Below, piece after piece: positions 9,705 through 16,071 of a DNA stretch of 33,313 nucleotides. The stretch is from a virus: the IMG/VR virus record IMGVR_UViG_3300015201_000002. One strand, 5' to 3'. The position numbers and the translations under genes are program-made. The notes under the pieces are model-generated. The model did no database searches, was not told the origin of the DNA, and worked only from the letters and a program-made list of their open reading frames with translations. The number at the start of each line of letters is the position of its first letter. The first letter of the stretch is position 1.

Positions 9705-10232
9705 TTATGACCAGCTAGCTACTGTTCCGCTCATATCTTCCAGAGTGACAGTTCCCGTCTTGAAAGAATCCTCAGTACTGATGAGTTGCATGTGGTAGGT
9801 CTTCTTTGTACCTTCGCTCATGTTGTCGAAGAACGGTCCCATTCCGTTCTCACATGCGATTGATGCTGTGATGTCACCTTCTACTGTACGGAAACCAAAG
9901 TGAGGACCATCAGTGCTCAGTTCCTCCTGCATCCAGCCGTTAGGAGCCTCAAAGAGGATGTCGAAGTTAGAAACCTGCCCTTCATCCTCAACGATCCATT
10001 TTCCTTCTTTCGGCATTCTGGGCTTAGAGACAGTCAGCTTGACACCATCCAGATAGGTGAAGCTCTGTCCGTACTTGAGAGAAGCTACTGAGACGTTTTC
10101 TGAGCTGTCTTCTGGGTTGAGGGTTGCAGAGGGGCTAGGAATAACTTCTGATGGCTCTACGTTACTCTCAGGTGCCTTAGAACATGCTCCTAGCATAGTA
10201 ACGAGTAGAGCTAGAGTGATGATGGCTTTCAT
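9705..10232 (-). CDS. Secreted lipoprotein (175 aa), candidate lysogenic-conversion / superinfection-exclusion gene
   Basis: The signal peptide MKAIITLALLVTMLGAC carries an L-G-A-C lipobox. AAAGGGAAACC lies upstream of the ATG. The gene is on the strand opposite almost all other genes and has visibly higher G+C and C/G-ending codons. Confidence 0.8.
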   Translation of the reverse strand: MKAIITLALLVTMLGACSKAPESNVEPSEVIPSPSATLNPEDSSENVSVASLKYGQSFTYLDGVKLTVSKPRMPKEGKWIVEDEGQVSNFDILFEAPNGWMQEELSTDGPHFGFRTVEGDITASIACENGMGPFFDNMSEGTKKTYHMQLISTEDSFKTGTVTLEDMSGTVASWS

Positions 10233-10306
10233 GGTTTCCCTTTCTAGGAAAGTAGGGAGGCTACCGGAATTAGTAGCCCCTACCTCGGAATTCTCTTCTT
10301 CTAGAC

Positions 10307-10333
10307 TTTTCTGACTAACAACAGTAGTCCTAG
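10307..10333 (+). repeat. 27-bp motif copy 1 (TTTTCTGACTAACAACAGTAGTCCTAG). The extended 41-mer 10301..10341 is the exact reverse complement of 15675..15715.
   Basis: Read directly. It lies between the 81-aa gene and the lipoprotein gene. Confidence 0.95.
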
Positions 10334-10342
10334 TAACTAGGC

Positions 10343-10588
10343 TCAGTTCCAGAGACTATACTCGTCACAAGTCTTGCGAAGCTGGATGACGTGAGAGCAG
10401 TTAACAGCCGTTCCGTGTTCGCTGCACTTGCTCATACCGTTGCGGAAGACTCGTACAGGAACTTCACGAACGATTCCGATGACCTGGATTGCCCAGCGGC
10501 GACGGTAGATAGCAGTCACAGTTTTGCGACCAACAGCCAGGATCTCAGTACGAAGCTCAGCAGGCTTACGGGTAGCTACAGCGTTCAT
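10343..10588 (-). CDS. Hypothetical basic protein (81 aa) with three Cys and His residues; function unknown
   Basis: AGGGAGAA lies 6 nt upstream of the ATG. My hand count is 130 G+C in 246 nt (about 53%), against about 42% in a sampled 100 nt of the portal gene. It has its own sigma70-like promoter and is flanked on both sides by the 27-bp motif. Confidence 0.7.
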   Translation of the reverse strand: MNAVATRKPAELRTEILAVGRKTVTAIYRRRWAIQVIGIVREVPVRVFRNGMSKCSEHGTAVNCSHVIQLRKTCDEYSLWN

Positions 10589-10624
10589 GATGTTCTCCCT
10601 GGTTCATCGGGGGTGTTGAGAAGA

Positions 10625-10653
10625 ACATTAGTAGCTTGGAGAGCTGCTGTCAA
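10625..10653 (-). promoter_or_regulatory. Sigma70-like promoter for the 81-aa gene / lipoprotein pair
   Basis: On the minus strand: TTGACA (10653..10648), a 17-nt spacer, then TAATGT (10630..10625). It sits about 35 nt upstream of the ATG at 10588. Confidence 0.5.
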
Positions 10654-10686
10654 GTCTTAATCCTAGGATCTTGCCTGTTTCAAAAG

Positions 10687-10713
10687 TTTTCTGACTAACA
10701 ACAGTAACCCTAG
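10687..10713 (+). repeat. 27-bp motif copy 2 (TTTTCTGACTAACAACAGTAACCCTAG), the same subtype as copy 4
   Basis: Read directly. On the minus strand it lies about 35 nt upstream of the -35 box of the 81-aa gene promoter. Confidence 0.95.
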
Positions 10714-10763
10714 ATAGGTACCTGGAGAAGGTAGGGGTTGCTTCATCTGTGTTAGCTCTAGAC

Positions 10764-10790
10764 TTTTCTGACTAACAACATTAACCCTAG
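10764..10790 (+). repeat. 27-bp motif copy 3 (consensus sequence)
   Basis: Read directly. It ends exactly at the stop codon (10791..10793, minus strand) of the regulator gene. Confidence 0.95.
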
Positions 10791-11219
10791 TTACTTACTC
10801 TTGGGGTTGTTAAGTTCTATGTACCAGTCATAGCCCATACTCCTATCCTTAGGGTTATGGTATTTACGGGTTACCAATCCTAGTTCAAGAAGTTTGTGAA
10901 GGTATCTGAATACTGATACAGCAGGTACTCCTGTTTCTTCCGCTAATAGATCAACTGTCTTATCGATCCTGTAGGTATCAGGTCCATAAACTGTTAAAAC
11001 CCTTTCCAGGAATCTTAGAGAGTTATTCTCTCTTGATGTAGCTCTTTGGAGAGGGTCACGGTATTTTAAGTCTCTTTGCTTGACTGCATTCATACTGTAT
11101 CTATGGTAAGTGCAGTATTTACAAACTCTTGTGAGGTTATCCTTTGTTTTGCTTGAGAAATAAAACTCTGATACAGGCTTCTCCGTTTGACAAGGGTAGC
11201 AAAACTTTACTAGTGCCAT
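10791..11219 (-). CDS. Zinc-ribbon plus winged-helix DNA-binding regulator (142 aa), repressor-like by position
   Basis: N-terminal C-x2-C...K-x4-EF...C-x2-C (FCYPCQTEKPVSEFY...VCKYCTY). C-terminal wHTH-like LLAEETGVPAVSVFRYLHKLLELGLVTRK. It is transcribed divergently from the early rightward operon. Confidence 0.65.
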   Translation of the reverse strand: MALVKFCYPCQTEKPVSEFYFSSKTKDNLTRVCKYCTYHRYSMNAVKQRDLKYRDPLQRATSRENNSLRFLERVLTVYGPDTYRIDKTVDLLAEETGVPAVSVFRYLHKLLELGLVTRKYHNPKDRSMGYDWYIELNNPKSK

Positions 11220-11335
11220 TATAAAACTCCTTAAAATAATTTGAGAAATTGCATGATTCTCAGGTACACCATACCGATAGTAAAGACATCGGCTTTTATA
11301 TGTCGTAAAAGGACTTGAGGCTAGGAGAAATAATT

Positions 11336-13270
11336 ATGGCTTTTGGAAAAGATAGCACTACAAGAAATGTAAACTTTACCAACACCAATGAGATTGAGGG
11401 TTGGTTCAGACCTTATACAATGATGGGTGTTGGTGCTGCTGTAGTATTTGGATTTGTAGCAATTATGAGAATTGCTATGTGGATTAATTTATACTTTTTC
11501 CATAATCTACCTGCCACAAACTTCTGGACATGGGGATTAACTGTTTGTGGAATTATTGCATGTGTCTTCGTGTATAAGTTCTATCACCGTAGAGGCGAGC
11601 AGGGTAATGAAGTTCTTATCAGGTTTCATCCTACAGTAAGTACAGCATTAGGATTTATTTGGATGATCTTAGCTTTCAACGATCAGCCCAACGCATGGAT
11701 GTTCTCACAAGTAAGTTTAGGCTTATTCATTTTAGGTGGAGGACTTGTTGCCTTTACTTGGATGGCAAGGCGTTGGAGTTTCAAGAGTTTCCAACCAGCA
11801 GAACCTAAAACTAATGAGTGGGAATTGCTAGGATTTGGTGAGACTTCAGCTATGGGCAATGTTCCTGTTCCTGGTGGACGTAAAATTAAGTTGAAGCTAG
11901 ACCCTAAAGTTACTACATCAGATTTGCTTGACAAGATTACTTTAATCGCTAAGAAGTTCAAAACTAGTTACAAAAAGATTCGTATTCAGGAAGATTTGGA
12001 AGATCCTAACTTCGCTTACGTAACTGTAATGGAGCAGGAGCCGTTTGCAGAGGCAGTGTTATGGAAGGGACCTGATAAGCCAGGAACTAGTATTGCAGAA
12101 CCTATTGAGTTTGCTACTTATGATACAGGCGAAAGAGCCAATCTTTATTTATCAGGTAAGGATGGTGAATCTTGTTTCTCATGGTTAACTACTGGAATGC
12201 CGGGAACAGGTAAGACTTATGCATGGCAGGTAATTTATGGATCTGTTCTAGCTCGCAAGGAAGTTAGTTTAGTATGGATCGATGCATCAAAGGATTATGC
12301 ATCGGCTATGCCTCTACTATCTGGAATCGAATGGTTTGCAGGTAGTCTAGAGTATGCTCATAAAGTAATTGCTAATGTAGATAGGTCAATTGAGTCTCGC
12401 ATGAAGTACCTTGCTAGTAAAGGTTATCAGTATTGGAAGCCTGGTTGTGGAATTAATTTCATCATCCTTCACGTTGAGGAGGCATCTGATTTCCTGGATA
12501 CTGAATCTGAGAAGGTCTTGAAGCATATTTCTAGAGCAGGTCGTTCTGCTGGCGTTATCGTTATTTATTCTCTTCAGCGTGCCACTAACGATAATATGCC
12601 TACCTCTCTACGAAACAACCTAGAAGGAAAGATGGCATTCAAGGTTGGTAAGAAAAGCGAGCGTCAGTTCTGTCTTTCAGATAAGCAGCTTGGGGCAGGT
12701 GCAGCACCAGAAACAATTGCAGTTAACGGTGGGTTCTATTTTGACAGTAGGTATGAACCATCTGAATTAGCTGGAAATATGGTACGTGGAGATAAGATGG
12801 ATGAGCTTGAATTAGAGCGCTCTGTGGATATGAGTGCAGGATTCAGAACACCTCTTGATAATGTTACAGCTTCAGCATTTGGTCAGCCTTATGAAAAGTA
12901 CCGTGCTGAAGTTATGAACAATGCAACTGAATGGCAGAAGGTTCGTATGAATCGAGGTTCACATAATTCTGAAAGTATGAAAACTGGATATGAAAATATG
13001 AACGATGACACAGCAGAGTATGAAAAGTATGAAAAGCCTGTGAAAAGCAATCGTTCACAGAATTTGAATAGTGATCCTGCTGCTGAGGCTGAGAAGCTTT
13101 GGAATTTCATAGTTACTATGGATTTCGAGAAGTTCACAAAGTCTGAAATCTACAAGCCATACATGGCAGCTACAGGAAAGAGCAAGTCTTGGATTTGTTC
13201 ACAGATTGACAAGTGGGAAAACGATGGAAAGATCGCTAACGAAGGATCAGGTAAGTATTCCATCAAGTAA
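11336..13270 (+). CDS. Membrane-anchored FtsK/SpoIIIE-family DNA translocase-like ATPase (644 aa)
   Basis: ATG 11336 follows AGGAGAAATAATT. Four N-terminal hydrophobic helices are present. Walker A is GMPGTGKT and Walker B-like is NFIILHVEEA. RAGRSAGVIVIYSLQRATNDNMPTSLRNNLEGKMAFKV matches the FtsK pattern gRa.Gi....tQrp....i....r.n...ri.f.v. The C-terminus is winged-helix-like. Confidence 0.85.
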   Translation: MAFGKDSTTRNVNFTNTNEIEGWFRPYTMMGVGAAVVFGFVAIMRIAMWINLYFFHNLPATNFWTWGLTVCGIIACVFVYKFYHRRGEQGNEVLIRFHPTVSTALGFIWMILAFNDQPNAWMFSQVSLGLFILGGGLVAFTWMARRWSFKSFQPAEPKTNEWELLGFGETSAMGNVPVPGGRKIKLKLDPKVTTSDLLDKITLIAKKFKTSYKKIRIQEDLEDPNFAYVTVMEQEPFAEAVLWKGPDKPGTSIAEPIEFATYDTGERANLYLSGKDGESCFSWLTTGMPGTGKTYAWQVIYGSVLARKEVSLVWIDASKDYASAMPLLSGIEWFAGSLEYAHKVIANVDRSIESRMKYLASKGYQYWKPGCGINFIILHVEEASDFLDTESEKVLKHISRAGRSAGVIVIYSLQRATNDNMPTSLRNNLEGKMAFKVGKKSERQFCLSDKQLGAGAAPETIAVNGGFYFDSRYEPSELAGNMVRGDKMDELELERSVDMSAGFRTPLDNVTASAFGQPYEKYRAEVMNNATEWQKVRMNRGSHNSESMKTGYENMNDDTAEYEKYEKPVKSNRSQNLNSDPAAEAEKLWNFIVTMDFEKFTKSEIYKPYMAATGKSKSWICSQIDKWENDGKIANEGSGKYSIK

Positions 13271-13382
13271 GTCCTAGGCAGTACACCAAGGACCAGTTCT
13301 AGTTAGTTCTAGGCTGGTCCTTGGTTGGTTCTAGGGCAGTCCTAGGCATGGTTTTAGGCGAGTCCTAGGGGTAGTTCTAGGG
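13271..13382 (+). repeat. Array of eight direct GTYCTAGG(C/G) repeats with about 11-bp phasing
   Basis: Copies start at 13271, 13296, 13306, 13328, 13339, 13351 (degenerate GTTTTAGGC), 13362 and 13374. Spacings are 25, 10, 22, 11, 12, 11 and 12 bp. The array begins 1 nt after the stop codon of the FtsK-like gene. Confidence 0.8.
13285..13325 (+). terminator. Stem-loop after the FtsK-like gene, embedded in the repeat array
   Basis: ACCAAGGACCAG (13285..13296) pairs with CTGGTCCTTGGT (13314..13325), giving a 12-bp perfect stem. Two GTTCTAG repeats lie in the loop. The downstream T-tract is weak. Confidence 0.55.
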
Positions 13383-13582
13383 TGTTTTGCCTGGTCACAG
13401 TAATAAGAGAGCGGGACAGAGATTTCTGTCGTACACATAGCAGTATCGTTGAGAGAAATCCTTATGCATATATGCCTGCCAGGATAGTCCTACAGCCCGT
13501 TCAGAGCCACGCTGAGAGTTGTTTTAATACTTCTGGTAGTCCTGTCAGGCTAGAGTTTAAAACCGATTAGAGAGGAAATAAA

Positions 13583-13768
13583 ATGCCATATTCAACTGAG
13601 TATTCCTGCAACCATTCCACCAAGAATCAAGAGGATAATAACCCTAAGCATAAATGTTCTGCTGGATATGTTCCAGAGGATGATTCTTGTCCTGTTCATC
13701 CCCTCTGGCACGCAGCTATCAAGAGAGAACTAGCTAAGGAAGTTACTTGGATGGATGAACTAGAGTAG
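13583..13768 (+). CDS. Hypothetical small Cys/His-containing protein (61 aa)
   Basis: AGAGAGGAAATAAA precedes the ATG. It is the only credible ORF in the 13271..14397 region. Confidence 0.45.
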   Translation: MPYSTEYSCNHSTKNQEDNNPKHKCSAGYVPEDDSCPVHPLWHAAIKRELAKEVTWMDELE

Positions 13769-13778
13769 CTTCTAGCTT

Positions 13779-14090
13779 TTCACACATGTGTGAAGGATAT
13801 GAAAAGTGTGAAAACAAATCTGTGAAGAGTTCATACTGTATGAAGAGATATGTGAAATGTATGAAAACACCAGTTCACAGAAGTGTGAAGATTTCACACC
13901 TCGTAGAATCTATGAATTCACACTTTTCATGTCCTTCATAGTTTTCATACATCTGTGAATTGAGGTTTTCACACTCTGGGACTACTCTTCACACAACTAT
14001 GAAAAGATGTTACACTGTATGAAGAACAAGCAAAACTGTGTAAGCAGTTGAGCTTAAAGTGTGAAATGTGAAAATTCATCTATGAAAAAG
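13779..14090. repeat. Dense heptamer (TRTGAAR) iteron field; probable replication origin or other multi-site protein-binding locus
   Basis: I counted about 15 forward and 11 reverse copies of T[G/A]TGAA[A/G]. Examples include the 16-bp palindrome TTCACACATGTGTGAA (13779..13794), TGTGAAGATTTCACA (13884..13898), TATGAATTCACAC (13911..13923) and TGTGAAATGTGAAAA (14060..14074). No ORF is present and the region is AT-rich. Confidence 0.85.
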
Positions 14091-14260
14091 GATGCCAATC
14101 CTAGACGTAGAAAAATTTTCAGACTTTTATCGAGATTCGGGTAACTTCGTGGCTGTTGTGACCGATAGGTAAGAGTGAAGCATTAAAATAGATTCGCACT
14201 CTCCAAGGGTGGTTCCGGAAGAGAGTAAACATAGCTCCTCATTTCTGGGTGCGATGGTTT

Positions 14261-14290
14261 AGGGTCCATTGGCTTTGGCTGATGGACCCT
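14261..14290 (+). terminator. Stem-loop with a partial U-tract immediately upstream of the 517-aa ORF (terminator or attenuator)
   Basis: AGGGTCCAT (14261..14269) pairs with ATGGACCCT (14282..14290), giving a 9-bp stem and a 12-nt loop, followed by TTGGGTTTCT. Confidence 0.5.
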
Positions 14291-14397
14291 TTGGGTTTCT
14301 ATCCGATGCTTCTAAACAGTAAAGAATTTTGCAAGTACCAAACCCAAACCATACGTACAGAGGTTTACCACCTCATAATCAGAATAAGGTCGTAGCT

Positions 14398-15951
14398 ATG
14401 AAAAACACTAAGCTTTCTCGTGAAGAGAATGTAGCCAAGGGCTATGCAGTAATTAATCCTAATGGGATTTATAGAAGACCTCCTGCAATGAACCAGGAGA
14501 TGAGAGATAAAGTTGACTCAGGTTACGTGCAGGTAAATGCATGGGGAAAGATCGAGTTGACAGATAAGTATGATCTCGAAATTAACGCTATTCAGAAGCC
14601 TACCCTAAAAAATCCTCTATTCACTGGCGATCAGGTTGATATTATGTTCGGCTCAATTCTATTGCAGGATATGCAAGAGTTGAAAAGCCAAATGGTAGCT
14701 CAATTCCCTGAAAGTGTGAATTCCGTTGTTTACCTTATCGATAAGAAGCCTGTAAAGCTGGCAGCTATGGAAGCTAAGCTAAACAGAATGTTCAACAACT
14801 ACTGGACACCTGAACGTAAAGCTATCGCTAAGAACAACCAGCACATGCAGTACGCTTATGAAGTTGCTGTACTTAAGCTAGAGCAGGCTAAAAGCAATAC
14901 CCTAGCTAAAATCGCTAAAGCTGACTCTTACCTACAGAGTGCTATTGAAAGAAAGAACAACCCTGAACTAGCAAAGAGTCAGAACAAGATTGCAGCCATC
15001 ATTGAAGATAAGAAGCGTTCATCTTCTCAGAAGGTTGAAGCTATCTTTGAAGGTGATAAGTCAGCAGGTGCTAGCCACAATGCTAAGAGGACTATTGTTC
15101 TTGCTATTGCTGGTTTCCTTGGTAAGGGATTGGATAAGGATTCTATCTTTGCTGAGATCGTTAAGATGGATGAATTCTCAGCCCTATCCTACAAGCGTCC
15201 TGAAAAGGAATTCAGCAGGATCTTTAATGATACTACCTCTTGGATTCATCACAAGAACCAGATTAAGGTATTCTATGATCTTCTTGGCTGGATCTCTGAA
15301 GGAATGAACAACACCAAGATTCGTACCAAGACTAAGGATCTCTTCTACGTCCTTATGACTATGGTTGCATTGCATCAGGCTAAGGATAATGACTCAAGAG
15401 GACTAGTAGCCTTCAGGTATCTATCTAGGGTTACTGTTGTTAGTCAGAAAAGTCTAGAGCTAGATCCTCGCTCTCTGGGAGAGAAGTTCTCAGCTTATGC
15501 AAAACTTGGCTACATCAACTATGAAAAAGGTATTCAGGGAGGAATCAGTTCTCGTGCAGGATTGAAGCCTTATACATCTGAGCTAAGCCTGGAAGATGCT
15601 ATCAAGGCTAAAGAAGCAATCCTCAATCTCTTCCAGGACTCACCTTTCTACACTGAACTAGAGGCTGTATTGAACCTAGTTACTAGGACTACTGTTGTTA
15701 GTCAGAAAAGTCTAGCTACTCCTGCTTACAACGACTCTGATCTTGAGAATACTGTATTTGACCTGCTAAATGTATTCGTTCCTCTAACTCGTACAGCAGC
15801 AGATGAGAGGATTGCAGAGCGTCAGATTGAAAGTGTGGACTTTGAAGCAGCGAAGGAAAATTACCTTGCTGAGCAGGAGGAAAGAATCAAGGTTCATCTT
15901 GCAACAGGACTAGGCTTTCAGCCATGTAAGAAGGTATTTCTAGCCCCCTGA
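14398..15951 (+). CDS. Hypothetical 517-aa protein; candidate replication initiator / DNA-binding protein by context
   Basis: The long ORF is open from TTG 14329. I prefer ATG 14398 (MKNTKL), which has AAGG 8 nt upstream. It lies next to the iteron field. It contains two in-frame copies of the 27-bp motif, each encoding TVVSQKSL within wHTH-like context (RYLSRVTVVSQKSLELDPRSLGEKFSAYAKLGYINYEKG). No polymerase or helicase motif was seen. Confidence 0.65.
   Translation: MKNTKLSREENVAKGYAVINPNGIYRRPPAMNQEMRDKVDSGYVQVNAWGKIELTDKYDLEINAIQKPTLKNPLFTGDQVDIMFGSILLQDMQELKSQMVAQFPESVNSVVYLIDKKPVKLAAMEAKLNRMFNNYWTPERKAIAKNNQHMQYAYEVAVLKLEQAKSNTLAKIAKADSYLQSAIERKNNPELAKSQNKIAAIIEDKKRSSSQKVEAIFEGDKSAGASHNAKRTIVLAIAGFLGKGLDKDSIFAEIVKMDEFSALSYKRPEKEFSRIFNDTTSWIHHKNQIKVFYDLLGWISEGMNNTKIRTKTKDLFYVLMTMVALHQAKDNDSRGLVAFRYLSRVTVVSQKSLELDPRSLGEKFSAYAKLGYINYEKGIQGGISSRAGLKPYTSELSLEDAIKAKEAILNLFQDSPFYTELEAVLNLVTRTTVVSQKSLATPAYNDSDLENTVFDLLNVFVPLTRTAADERIAERQIESVDFEAAKENYLAEQEERIKVHLATGLGFQPCKKVFLAP
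15425..15451 (-). repeat. 27-bp motif copy 4, inside ORF 14398..15951, encoding RVTVVSQK
   Basis: The + strand reads CTAGGGTTACTGTTGTTAGTCAGAAAA. It shares 30 identical bp (TATCTAGGGTTACTGTTGTTAGTCAGAAAA) with the reverse complement of copy 2. Confidence 0.95.
15683..15709 (-). repeat. 27-bp motif copy 5, inside ORF 14398..15951, encoding TRTTVVSQK
   Basis: The + strand reads CTAGGACTACTGTTGTTAGTCAGAAAA. The 41-mer 15675..15715 is the exact reverse complement of 10301..10341. Confidence 0.95.
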
Positions 15952-16011
15952 GAAGCCCGTAGACGAGTTAATTTAATAAATCCCTATACTTCCCTGGATA
16001 CCTTAAATACT

Positions 16012-16047
16012 TGGAGAGTATTGACTGTAGGGGGTTGATACTCTCCA
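16012..16047 (+). terminator. Stem-loop after the 517-aa ORF
   Basis: TGGAGAGTAT (16012..16021) pairs with ATACTCTCCA (16038..16047), giving a 10-bp stem and a 16-nt loop, followed by TCCTTTCCC. Confidence 0.5.
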
Positions 16048-16071
16048 TCCTTTCCCTAGAAGGAGTAATAA

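Noticed and set aside
9900-10660. Plus-strand ORFs 9900..10091, 10057..10314 and 10391..10660
   Set aside because: They are antisense to the lipoprotein and 81-aa genes, which have signal peptide, RBS and promoter support. Two of them run through motif copies and intergenic DNA.
13382-13570. 62-aa GTG-initiated ORF in the non-coding hub
   Set aside because: It has no Shine-Dalgarno sequence and atypical composition, and it starts inside the last GTTCTAGGG repeat. The region is more likely regulatory DNA or RNA. It does contain two TAGTCCT(A/G) words related to the repeats.
13779-14090. Possibility that the heptamer field is a CRISPR array
   Set aside because: The repeat unit is only 7 to 8 bp. 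Copies occur in both orientations with irregular 2 to 20-bp gaps. There are no uniform spacers and no cas genes.
14230-14295. Resemblance of GGGTGCGATGG...GGCTGATGGACCCT to the fluoride (crcB) riboswitch core
   Set aside because: Only short words (GCGATGG, GCTGATGG) match what I remember of the consensus. I could not build the expected pseudoknot and helices, so I report it only as a terminator-containing leader.
14990-15307. Alternative-frame ORFs inside larger genes (14990..15307, 16475..16684, 17266..17517, 23230..23451)
   Set aside because: They are same-strand overlaps within well-supported longer ORFs, with no start signals and Leu/Ser/Arg-rich off-frame composition.
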